A DNA stretch of 64,000 bases from Isurus oxyrinchus. Lineage: Eukaryota. The position numbers and the translations under genes were made by a program. Below are positions 26,493-39,200 of this stretch, in pieces. A model generated the notes under the pieces. The model was given only the letters and a program-made list of their open reading frames with translations, had not been told where the DNA came from and made no database searches. The DNA lies in NCBI GenBank assembly GCA_026770705.1, contig JANJGN010000018.1, positions 40,362,001 through 40,426,000 on the forward strand, given 5' to 3'. Position 1 is the first letter of the stretch. Each line of letters opens with the position of its first letter.

Positions 26493-27019
26493 TTGTTCAA
26501 ATTCTTATTTCAAATGAAAGAAATTTCAGTTACTGAGTGCAGATCGTATGTTTTCAGCTGATCGTTGACAAATCTGCTCCATAATACCAGCTCCTGGCCA
26601 TAACCCGCTTACAGGTTCAAATTATTTTTAATAGGAGAATTGCAAAGGATCGCAGAGATTGTATGGCAGGACAATTTGACAGAGCTTAATAGGAAATAGG
26701 AAAACCCTATTGCTGAAGCAAGTCCAAGCAATTACAAATATAACAAAATGTGGACCCAACATTGAAAATTCTATCAAAGCATTTACAGGTTATAGGAAAT
26801 GTCAATTGCCATCCTAAACATCTATCCAATCAAGCGTTAAGATAAAAGCTAGTGCCTGCAATGTCCAATGTAATTAACTTCTGATTTCAAAGACAATGAA
26901 GAACAAAAGAAACAGACAATATGCAGGTTTCCATCTGCAAAAGCTTTGGAATCCATGGTGAGAATTGGAGGATTATTTGGAGAACCATTTGAAGGCTTCA
27001 TTGTGACAAGGCTTTTGAA

Positions 27020-27072
27020 TTATAAATCTGAAGAAGCGTTTCCATCATCCACACGAACCATGGTTCCTCCAT
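27020..27072 (-). CDS. VTCN1-like: Candidate alternative terminal exon B: hydrophilic tail (D-GGTMVRVDDGNASSDL*), secreted isoform
   Basis: Strong acceptor tcatattttctttatttgcag, 198 nt downstream of acceptor A. In frame to TAA. Confidence 0.4.
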
Positions 27073-27169
27073 CTGCAAATAAAGAAAATATGAAGACATA
27101 TCAGTATTTCTCCTGCTAGTGTAATGAGGTGCAGATGTGTAAACTCAGTCTGATCACATTAGAGTCCTA

Positions 27170-27270
27170 TCATGTCAAAGATAACCATTCAAGATATCTT
27201 AGAGCGATTGCAAATATTGTAAATATAAGAGTATGGCTGGTGCCTACTTTGTAACCTTGGCCTATTTTGT
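27170..27270 (-). CDS. VTCN1-like: Terminal exon A: short hydrophobic, GPI-signal-like tail (D-KIGQGYKVGTSHTLIFTIFAIALRYLEWLSLT*)
   Basis: Acceptor cttcttgttatttctttgaactgcag. Phase-1 reading is open for 32 codons to TGA. Hydrophobic end without a cytoplasmic tail, as in B7-H4. Confidence 0.65.
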
Positions 27271-30200
27271 CTGCAGTTCAAAGAAATAACAAGAAGTGCC
27301 TATGTTTCCTTAGCTGCAGTTTCAATTGGAACATAGAGCATGTTTGATGACATGAGCAGACAGTATGGCAAGAAAGCCAAAAATTGGTTTCACAACATCG
27401 TGAAACCAGTTTCCAATCATCCGCTCTGCCCTTCAATGGCAGGCTGCGCTTCCCGGCATCAGACAGACAACATTATAATACATCTGCCTATCATTATTAG
27501 CCCTGCTTGCCAGAATCACCCCCAATTCTGGATCACCTGATGTGTTTCACAACAGCATATAAGGCATGCACCTGGCGAGCTGCACGTTGAGGGGAACTCG
27601 GAGGTGAGTGCACAGTAACATTGCACAACGCTTGAGGGTCAGCTGTTGGACTTCGATGAGGTGCCACACCTTCATGTGAGGGCACAGGCAAGTTGATTTT
27701 TCCTGGTTGACAGTGCATTGCCAGGCAAGGGCTGCACTGCAGTTGAGGTGACTTGGGAGTTGGGGGGAGGTTGTGCAAGTGCTGCACTCCGGTTGATGGT
27801 AGTGCACAAGCACATGCCAGGGTGGGGGAAAATGGCCACGCATTAGGGGAACCTTGTATAAACTCACTAATCCTCTGCAGCTGCGACAGATCAGGCTCAA
27901 CCACTTTGACATGCTTGGAGTCGGGCCTCTAGCTTGTCTCACCACTCAAGCAATGCAGAGGCATGAAGGTGCCACCATGTGCTCCAAAGCTTTTCACCCC
28001 TCAGGCACAGACCGCAAAATAATGAGCATTCTAGTGGACTGCAGGACAGCTGGACAACTGCACACATTGTACAATCACCTTGCTAAAGCTGGCTGTGGAG
28101 CAGTCACTGGTGGAGGTGCTCACAGCCCCTTGCAATGTCACCATCCCCGTTTGGACTAGTCTCCCCTATGGTTCAAGCTAACGGTGCAGCCTTGCAGTGT
28201 GGGTTAGGAGGATGCATGAGCTGAGTGCACAGCATGTAGGTCAATGGGCAAAGCTGTCACCAACCGGTCAAGTGGAGCAGGGCGGAAGTGGGTGGGGTCT
28301 CAGGCAGCCACACAGTGCACTAATCTCTGCCCATCCAAGTGGTGGGCAGCACCCTTGGGATGTATTAAGGGGCTGTCAGACTTAACCAAGAGAGGTTCTT
28401 AGTACACCCAAGCTAATCCATGCATCTGTCTGTCTCTTTCATCCTGAAGGAGGAGTACATCAGGAGCATGGAGCCTAGTGACCTAGCTGTATGCCTTGTG
28501 GCTTACTAAGGGCAGAGACGAATGAGAAGAGAGCGACGGAGGCACCTAGCTGGGCAGAGGGAGGAGCAGCACCCTCAGGAAGAAGAGGCGGCTGGGGCTC
28601 ATGCGCATACCACTGAAGACAGCCATCGCTGGTTGGCACCTCGCTAGACCCAGGGTCTATAGATGCCGCTTTTTATTCCTGCAGATGATAGAGCCAGTGT
28701 CACTGAAGACTGCGCATGTCCAAGGAATTGGTTGGTCAAATCTGCCAACTGCTGCAGGATTTGGCTCCACTGAGACATGTAGGGTATCCACTGCCAGTGG
28801 CTGTGAAAGTGACCGCGGTGCTCAGTTTTTACACCACTGGCTTCTTTCAGGACTTCACAGGTGACCTCTGTGGGATAACACAAGCCTCCACCAACAAATG
28901 CATCCATGAGGTCATAGATGCCATCTTCGAGAGGGCACACAGCTTTGTGCCTTTCACCTGTGACCAGGAAAGCCAGGATGCAACAGCGATGGGATTTCCC
29001 ACAGGTGCAGGGAGCCACCAACAGCACTCACGTGGCACTCAGATCTCCATGGCAACAAGCAGTCAGCTATGTCAACTGCAAGAGATTGCACTAGCTGAAT
29101 GTGCAGTTGGTGTGCGACCACCACAAAATGCATCCATCATGTCTACGCATGGTTTCCAGGAAGTGTCCACAACTCCTATATTCTCAGTCGGTCACAGATC
29201 GCTGACTTCTAGGGTCCACAGAGGCTGCAGGGATGACTCCTCAGGGACAAGGGCCACCCGCAGAGGCCATGGCTGATGACACTCGTGCAACGGCCTCAGA
29301 CTGCAGCAGAACGGCGGTATAAAGAGGCTCATGCTGCAACTCGCACCTTGGTGGAGCAAACCATCGGGATGCTGAAAATGAGGTTCTGGTGCCTGGACCG
29401 GTCTGGTGGAGCCGTGCAATATAGTCCACAGAGGGTGTCACGCATCATCACCACCTGCTGCACCCTTGACAACCTGGCACTGCAACAGAGAGAGGAGTTG
29501 GTTGAGGAGATGGAGGAGCTGCACGTCTCCTCCAATGAGGACAATGTCGATAGGGTTGAGGGTGAGGTGGCTCCCAAAGGCTAGGATGACCAGGATGAGG
29601 CCATTGCGCTGCACGCGGGAGGCCCTCATAGCTGCTAGAAATGTGGAGGAGGAGGACGACGACGACGACATGGAGTGAGGAGACCCCATGGAGCCTCACA
29701 TTGCATCTGTGAACATTTGACGCCAGTTTGGCTGATGGCAGCGCACATACCCTCTGTGATAAGGCTCCTGTCATGGAGGCCCTAATAGTTACTTGATTCC
29801 AGGAGGATGATGACGACATGAAGTGAGGACACTCCATAAATCTTCATTGCCTCTGAGCATGTCTGACCCCTGTCTGGCCGAGGGCAGCTTGCTTGTGCTC
29901 TGTGATTAGGGTCATATCATAGAGACACAGCCATGGATCTTTAAAAGCATCTGATCCTTTGTTCGCCTTCAGCCCCTTCAGCAGCACAGCATCACTGGTC
30001 ACAGGCACTGACAAGGTGGGGGCCCCCCCATCTCAAAAAAGGTGCTGACAGCACACCAAGAGAATGATGGAACTCGGATGCCTGCCCACAACATTCTGGC
30101 AGCAATGACAAGCACCGTTGAGGTGCAGGCATCGGTAATGTTTCCAGGGAGTGCGAGGCTGGACCATCACTTTGGTCTGAAAGGGGCACAAAGCACAGGA

Positions 30201-33200
30201 AAGAGGCCCTGGACTGAGACATCTGCCTTTATCGTGTACAGGAAGGTTTCACATCTGAGTGACATGAGCACTGCTCATCAGAACAAGGAGCCACAGGCAG
30301 GGAGACATTCTTGAGTTTGTTTACAATAGCGAACATTATGTATAAGTGATTAACACCCATGCCCAGGCTGTGTAACGACATCTTCTTAACCTTCCTAACA
30401 CTGCCGCTCAGTCTTCTTGCTCCCCAGACATCCACAGATGTGGAGGCAGTCTGCTGACTGCTTCACCCTGTCTGTGATGATCTTGACCGGTGTCCTCTGG
30501 AGGGCCAATGCCTGGAGGACCCCGGCCTGCTTTCGGGGTCCTGATGTGCGGCAGTGACAACCTCCTCAGCCTGTAGAGCTGAAGCTGCTGGGTTCACAGA
30601 TAGAGGGGATTCTGATCGGCCAGAGTGTCCTGGATGGATGGCCCTGGAGCGTGCACCTGCTGATCCTGCTCCCTATGGGTGTCTGAGGGCCCCTGGCTGA
30701 CTCCTTGAGGAGAAGGGGTAGCTGAAGTGAGATCAAACTGCCCCATACCCCTCTCACGTACACACTGTTGGAGGCCAACTAGAGTCAGTGTTGGAGTTTA
30801 GCCTGCGCAGCAGTGCAGAACCGATGCCTTGGACCAAGATCTCCATAGTGGCTGCCATCCTATTAGTGTTGACCTCAAGGCCGGTGCTATCACCTCAGCC
30901 TGAAGGTGGACGGACTCCTCCATCGTGCCTTGCAATCTGAGGAGTGCAGCAGACATCCCTTCCTGATGTTCCTGAGCTTGTCTTTGCAGCTCCAGCAACT
31001 AGGACATGACCGACTCCAGAGGGGTCATCATCTGATTCAGATTCAGATGATTTCTGGCCTCCAGCAGTCCTCCAAGTGCAGGGACCTGGGAAGTCCCTGC
31101 TGCCACCTGCAGTGGATCAGAAAGTGCGATGTGCTCACCAGATCGATTCCGAGGCTACTCTAAAGCTAGGTCCCACCAAGGTGTGTGTGTCTCTGCGCTG
31201 GTGGAGGGTTTGGTGACTGCTGTGATGGGTCTTCAAGGAGGGTGCCTTCAAATTCCTCTTCAGAGTTTTCTCTATGGCTTTATTGGAGGCCCTGGGTCAT
31301 GTACTCCCTTGGCTGTTTCCCAGATGTGCCTATGAAGGCAAGGAGAGATAATTAGTGCACGGCAGGAAGCTGTGGAACAGGACACTCACAGCACGGTTGT
31401 CTAATATATGTTGCACTGCTGGATCCTCATTTGATAGAGCAGTGCTGACCTCATTGTCAGCACAGGAATGGTCCAGATCCTCACTGGTCAGTTGGATGGC
31501 TGTGTTTTCAAAGTCTGTGAGGACCTTAATTTCAGGCATTCCTCCACCAGTTTGCAAAGTCTCCCTGTTGTGTGCCAGCTTGTCCTGCATGAATAGAAAT
31601 GGAAAGAATGTAAGCAGGATGCCTGCCAGACCAGATGATAAGTATGCCTGGCACAGGAGATTGGTGAGTGGTCCCATGGATGGGATAAGGACAATGGAGG
31701 TGTGTGTGACAGTGACTGCTGATGTCCCTTGTCCCTCGAACTGGCAGTGAGTGAGATCCCTGTGGATGTGTGATGGGTTTGAGAGTGTGCAAGTTGAGAA
31801 GAGTGACTTAACTGGCGGAATGAGGAGGTCATTCATCCTCTTTCAGCACTGGGTGGCTGTCCTCTTTTGTAGGGTGTTAGCACTGATCACCACTGTCACT
31901 GTCTCCCAAGCCAGATTAGTGATGTTGCTGCCCCTCCTGCAGCTAGAGTGGCAGTAGAGGGCATCATAGCAGGCCCCCACAGCATCAAAAAGGCAATCGG
32001 GAACGCATCATTAAATCTGGGGGCTGCAGTCCTGGGCTGGAAGCACTGAGAGGTGTGTGCGTGGCTGCACTTTAAATATGGCATCTGGCATGAGGAAGTG
32101 GCGAGATGGCAGCAATGTGGGCGAATGAGAGCCCACCTGCCATCAAAACAGCATGTTTCCCAGGAACTTATGATCAGTGAGGGAGGATTGGGACAATACG
32201 GCGTGAAATGCTGCCATTGTGGCCAGTGGGTAAAATGTTCTTTTTCCCGCCCGCTATTGCACTTAGTACAAATCTGAGACAATTCTGCCCACAATTTTGA
32301 AATGTATACTTCTTCAAAATGTGATTTTGTTGGTAGAAATGTTTTTTTTTACTAAATTATCATTCAGAACCAATAACAATCTTTTAAAGCCTCTTATGGG
32401 CCATATAAACATCCAAAAGTTGGATACCCTAGTAGAACAGATCATAATATTTATGGAAGATTGAATTTTTCAAAATAAATGCACTTTGATTTATGCACAA
32501 GGTTCTAATTATGCTTAGCCCTGAAGTGTTTCTCCTCACTTTCCTTGGTTTTCCTTCTCAAGGATAGTTTCATATATAGCACAGATAAAGATGCTAGTGT
32601 TTTTTTTTTAAAACATGGGTAGAAAATTTCTTCCTTGTCTGAGTATACCATGTTGCCTTACTGAAACAAGTATGAAGCTTTATTGGGTTTTGTATATGTT
32701 TCTCATTTCACTTTCAACCCCAGGAGAACTGGTAAATTAAGAAAGGTCACATTCAAGCCAAAGATTCTTCATATTTGGTGATTCTAACAGCCTTACCAAA
32801 CTAAAACTGAGGGTGAAATCATTCAATGCATTACTCCCATACTAAAACTTAATGCATTTATATTAATAACTTCACTCTATTTTTGCTATTTTAACAAGAC
32901 TGTAATCCAATTATTTGCAAAGACTGTTACCAAGAATTCTAACATATCAGTTAATTCCTAATACAGAAATGTGGTAATTTACCCAATTCATCTCGAAAAG
33001 GCTTGATCTGGGTTTTAATTTTGTCTGCAACTACACATTTCATGGATGTTTCTTTTCAGTTTAACAACTCCAATAAAGCACCAGGCAAAGTCATTTCAAA
33101 TAAGTATTCATTGTATTTTCATGCAGCATAATTTCACGGCACATGTTTCCTGTGTCTTAAATAACTTAAAGGAGAAGCAGATTTATGTTTTGTCCTTACT

Positions 33201-36200
33201 CAGCCTTTAATGTCATGTTATTGGTGTGCTTTTCCTCTACCAAACAGACATTTATTTTCCACAATTTTTATAATAGTCTGTTAAGTTACCTTTAACATGA
33301 GCATAAATTTTAAATAAACTCACCTGTGAATGCTACTCGAGCAAGCTGAGGCACTGCATGAAACTCATGATGCACGGAGCAAATATACTGATTTCTTGAA
33401 TCATGCCATTTTTTCAGGTCATGCTGCACTTTGAACAATCCCTTGTTGTCTCTGGTCAGGGTCGTTTCACAATCTTCATCCAAATTCTGACCATACTTAT
33501 CCACCCAACTAACCTTTGGTTCTGGGTACAAGCCTTCACACTGGCAAGACAACACTTCACGGTCATGTTCAGATTTCCAAAAGATACGGATACCATCATT
33601 ACTTGTTGCTAAGAAAAAAATATAAAATATAGTTACTGACCTTCAGCATGCCATTATATATCAAACCATTTGGATAAGAATGTGCCTGCAACTCATTACA
33701 GTTTACATAATAGCTGAGAACTCAGATTTAAGAGATTCACTAGATGGTGGCAAATGTAAAGGCATTTACTGCAGAGCAAAAAAAGAATGGAACTACAAGG
33801 AATGAGTTGAGTGCTTTATGGTGGAATTAGGGGCTGTGTGTTAAATAGAAGTATCACATGATTGTAGAAAACTTCAGAACAGAATGAGGCCATTCAGCCC
33901 ATCAACCCTGTGCTGGCTCTTTAAAGGAGCCATCATGCTCAGTTCCATTCCCCTAAATTTTCCATAACCCTGTATGTTCATGATCCTCAAATACCTGTCC
34001 AACTCCCTTTTAACATTATATATGGAATCAATTTCAAACCATCTTTTTCTGGTCCAGCATTCTGGATCGCAGCAACTGAGTAAAAAATTCTCCTAAACTC
34101 CCCTGCACATAATTTGCCAATGATTTTAAGTTGATGATCTCTGGTTGTTGACACACTCAAAGGGAATAGTTTTTGTTTATCCACTCTATCAAAACCCAGT
34201 CATTTTGAAAACCTCAATTAGGTCACCTCTTCACCTTCTGTTCCAAAGAGAGCAGTCCTAACTTTTGCAATCTCTCCTCAGAACTAAAATCCCACATCCC
34301 TTGTAACACCTGGGCCAGAATCTTTGGCTCAGTGAGCTGGGGCAGGGACTGCTCACCGACGTGTAAAATGACACCCAATGATGTCAGGCGTGCGTCCCGA
34401 CGTCACCGCATGTCACTCCAATTTTCAGTTCGGCGGGTGCGCACCAGAATCAGCTGTGCGCCCGCTGAACTGTCAAAGGCCTGTTAAGGCCAGTTAAAAA
34501 CTAATTAAACCACTTAACATAGCTGCCCGTCCAACCTAAAGGTTGGCAGGCAGATGAAGAGCCCAGGCGGCCTTGGCATTTTTCAAGAAACCTCATCCGT
34601 GCGCGGGATGAGGTTTCGTAAATGATTTAAGTGAAATAAAGATTTTCATTAAAATTCATAGACATGTCCCAGCTTATGATGGCACTTTCACATGAGGGGG
34701 CAAGTTCTAAATTTTATCTTTTCTTATTAAAACTTTTGAAACTCAAATTGAACTCCGAGGCAGCTCTATGCCTCAAGGAGATTTCTGCGCTCTTTCACAT
34801 GCGTGCGTGAAAGAGCGCAGGCCCTGACTCAACCTACTTCCCCACCGCCCACACAGGGAGCACTCAGCACTTCACACAGTGCACGTCACACTGGGGGTGG
34901 GGAGGCCTTAATTGGCCTGCCCACGTAAAATGGCAGCGCGCAGTCAAGCGCGGGTGACAATCAGCTGCATGTCCGCTCCCGCCCAACCACCACCCCCCTC
35001 AACAGGGAGAAAATTCTCCCATTGAAAAACTTCCATGTACCCTTTATAAGGTCTTTACATCTTTAACGAAGTGGCATGTCCAAAATTGTCCACAATACTC
35101 GAGTGAGACCTAACCAGTGATTGATAATTTTCCAACATTATCTCTTTGCTTTTATATCATATTCCTCTATTTATAAATCCAAGAAACCATAAGCTTTCTT
35201 AATCACCTTGTCAGCACCTTGTGCCACCTATAAGGATTTGTATATATGGATACTAAGATCTCTGCTTAACTGCAATTTTCAAAATTATGCCATTTATAAT
35301 GTACTGTCTTTTTATACTGGTCCCCCCAACATGCATTGCTTCCTCAACTCCACTGCCTCAAGTCCACTTTCCTGCCTGCCCCTCACTACCCTCTACTCCC
35401 TCTTCAATCAAAAATCTGTGTTACTCTGCCTTGAACATATTCAGTGACCAGGTTTCATTGGTTTCTATGGAAGAGAACTCCAGAGAATAATCACAGTCTG
35501 AGAGAAGGAATTCCTCCTTATTTCTTTCTGAAGGCCGCTTATCTTTAAACTGTGCCTCCTAGTTCCAGCTTTCCCCATGAGGGGAACCATCCTCTCAGCA
35601 TCCACCGCATCAACATACAAACATATGAACATAGAGCAGGATTGGGCCACCCGATCCTTCAAGCATGCGCTGCCATTCAATAAGATCATGGCTGATCTGA
35701 TTGTAAGCTCCCACCTGCCCCAATAATGTTTCACCCCCTTGGTAATCAAGAATCTATCTAGCTCTGCCTTATAAATATTCAAAGGCCCTGCTTCCACTGC
35801 CTTTTGAGGAAGAGAGTCCCAAAGACTCACGACTCAGAAAAAAATTTCTCCTCATCTGTCTTAAATGAGCAACCTCTTATTTTTAAACAGTGACCCCTAG
35901 TTCTAGATTCTCCCACAAGAGGAGCCAGCCTTTCCACATACACTGTCAAGACCCCTCATGATCTTAAAGGTTTCCTTCCAGTCACCTCTTTCTCCTCTAA
36001 ACTCTAGTGGACACAAGCCTAACCTGTCCAACTTTTCCCAATAAGACAACTCGCCCATTCTTGGTATTAGCCCAAGAAACTTGCTCTGAACTATTTCTAA
36101 CACATTTACATCTTTCTTTAAATAAGGAGACCAATACATTTTTTAATTCATTTGTGGGATGTAGGCATCACTGGATAGGTCAGTATTTATTGCCCATCCC

Positions 36201-39200
36201 TAATTGCTTGTTCAGAAGGCATTTTTAAGAGTCAACCACATTGCTGTGGGTCTGGAGTCACATGTAGGCCAGGCCAGCTGAGAACAGCAGACTTCCTTCA
36301 CTAAAAGGGCATTAGTGAACCAGATAGATTTTTACGACAAGCGACAATGGTTTCATGGTCATCATTAGACTTTTAATTCCAGATATTTATGGAATTCAAA
36401 TTCCACCGCCATATAGGATTCAAACCCCAGTCCCCAGAACATTACCCTGAGTCTCTGGATTACCAATCCAGTGACAATACCATTACACCACCACCTCCCC
36501 TTGAACACCGTACACAGTGCTCCAGATGTGGTCTCACTAGTGCCCTGCACAACTGAAGCATCACCTCCCTACTTTTGTATTCAGTTCCCCTCACAATAAA
36601 TTATATTCTATTAGCTTTCCTAATTACTTGCTGTGCCTACATACCAACTTTTTGTGATCCGTGCACTAGGATACCCAGGTCCCTCAATCTCAGATCTCTG
36701 CAATATCTCACCATTTAGATAATATGCTCCTTTTTATTCCTGCTAAAGTGAACAATTTCACATTTTCCCCACATTATACTCCATTTGCCAGGCCTTTGCC
36801 CACTCACTTAGCCTAAGTCACTCTGTAGCCTCCTTACATCCTCCTCATAACTTCCTTTCCTACTTATCTTTGTGTTGTCAGCAAATTTAACAACCATACC
36901 ATCTGTCCCTTCATCCAAGTCATTTATATAAATTGTAAAAAGTTGAAGCCCCAGCACTGATCTCTGTGGCACACCACTCATTACATCCTGCTAACCAGAA
37001 GATCATCCATTTATGACTACCTGCTGTTTCCTATTAGTTAGCCCATCTTCTTTCCATGCCAATATATTACCCCCGACACCATGAGCTTTTGATGTGGAAT
37101 CTTGTCAAATGCCTTCTGGAATTCTAAGTACAGTACATCCACTGGTTCCCCTTTATCTACAGCACATTCAAAGAACTCCAAAAAATTGGTTAAACATGAT
37201 TTCCCTTTCACAAAACCCATGTTGTCTCTGCCTGATTATCTTAACCTTTAAGTGTCCTGCTATAACATCTTTAATAACAGCTTCTAACATTTTCCCTATG
37301 ACAGATGTTAAGCTAACTGGCCTGTAGCTTTCTGTCTCCCTCCCCTTTTGAATAAAGCAGTGACATTTGCTATTTTCCAATCTAATGGAACCTTCCATGA
37401 ATCTAGGAAATTTAGGAAAAGTAAAACCAACACATCAACTATTTCACTAGCCAGTTCTTTCAAGACCCTAGGATGAAGTCCATCAGGACCCAGGGATTTG
37501 TCAGCCCACAGCTCCAACAATTTTCTCAATACCACTTCTCTGGTGATTGTAAGTTCTCTGAATTCCTCCGTCCTTTCCATTTCCTGATTTGCAGCTATTT
37601 CTGGTATGCTACTCGTATCCTCTATAGTGAAAACCAATGCAAAATACCTATTCAATTCATCCACCATCTCCTTACTTTCATTATCAATTCCCCAGACTCA
37701 CTTTCTACAGAAAGAATACTTACTTTGTTAACTCTTATTTAAATATCTATAGAAACTGTTACTATCCATCTTTATATTTCCAGCTAGCTTTCTCTCGTAC
37801 TTCAATTTTTCCCTCCTGATTCATCTTTGTCATTCTTTGCTGTTCTTCATGTTCGGTCCAATATTCTGACCTGCCACCAACCTTTGCGCAATTATATGCT
37901 TTCTCTTTAAGTTTGATACTATCTTTAACTTTTTTAGTTAACCATGGATGGTGGGTTCTCCCCTTGGAATTTTTCCTTTCTCATTGGAACGTATGTATTC
38001 TGTGTATTCTGAAATATCCCCTCAAATGTCTGCCACTGCATTTCTGTTGACTTATCCCTTAACCTCATTTGAAAGTTCGCTCTAGCTAGCTCTGCTTTCA
38101 TGCTCTCATAAGTGCCCTTATTAAAGTTAAAAATACTAGTTCAGGACCCACTCTTCTCTCCCTCAATGTAAAATTCAATCATATTACGATTGCTGCTACC
38201 TAGGCTGCTTTCATTATGAGGTTATCAATTAATCCCATCTCATTGCACAGTACAAGGTCTAGCATAGCCTGCTCTCTAGTTGGTTCCAGAATGTGCTGCT
38301 CCAAGAAATTACCCGAAAACATTCTATGAACATGTCATCTAGGCTCCCACCTGATTTTTCCAGTCTATGTGTAGATTAAAATCCACCATGATTATCGCTG
38401 TACCTTTCTGACAAGCTCCCATTATCTCTTCCTTTATACTCTGTCCTACCATGTAGTTAATTAGGGGGCCTGCACACCACTCCCACAAGGGACTCTTTGC
38501 CTTTATTGTTTCTCTTCTCAACCCAAACCACTTCTACATCCTGGTTTCCTGAACTTAGGTCATCCCTCTCTAATGCAGCCACCCCTCCAGCTTTTCCTAA
38601 CTTCCTGTCCTTCCTAAGTGTCCCATACCCTTCAATTCAGGTCCCAATCGATGTCATCCTGTAGCCAAGTCTCTATAACAGCTATCATATTTTATTTATT
38701 TCTATTTGCGCGATCAGTTCATCTGTTTTGTTTCAGATACAGAGCCTTTAATTTTGTCTTTATTATTTTTGTAATGTCTGGCCTTATCTGACGATTTACT
38801 CGGAGATGTGTACTCTCTATCCCTACCTGTCACATTCTGTTTATCATTTCCCACATGAGTACCTTTCTCTCTTGCTGTGTCTCTACATTTTTTTTTAAAA
38901 AACCACACCTTCCCAAATTTGATCCCTTGCGCCCACTATTTAGTTTAAAGCCCTCTCCACTTTCCGAGTTATGTCGCTCTCCAGCACATCGGTCCCAGTA
39001 CAGTTCAGGTGTAGACCGATCCAACGGTACAGCCCCCACTTTCCCCAGTACTGGTGCCAGTACCCCATGAAACAGAACCCACTTCTCCCACACCAGTCTT
39101 TGAACCACACATTCATTTCCCTAATCTTATTTGCTCTATGCTAATTTGCACATGGCTCAGGTAATAATCCAGAGGTTATTACCTTTCAGGTTCTGCTTCT

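Larger units (their letters stand above)
27336..32290. mobile_element. PIF/Harbinger transposon with convergent transposase (+) and Myb/SANT (-) genes, decayed, in the last intron of the B7-like gene
   Basis: TIR aattctgccc at 32281-32290. The other end is homologous to the end of 13067-16585 but lacks about 30 terminal bp. Confidence 0.88.

Noticed and set aside
28468-29678. Domesticated HARBI1 or MSANTD/NAIF1 host genes
   Set aside because: Stops, frameshifts and flanking transposon ends show decayed transposon copies rather than conserved host genes.
32500-32665. Possible transmembrane/cytoplasmic exon (TLASLSVLYMKLSLRRKTKESEEK)
   Set aside because: From the only nearby acceptor (cttgtttcag), the required phase-1 frame stops after 17 codons and never reaches the hydrophobic stretch.
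36400-36500. tRNA-like A and B boxes (also at 61090-61185)
   Set aside because: These are SINE heads attached to LINE-derived tails and do not form a cloverleaf tRNA gene.
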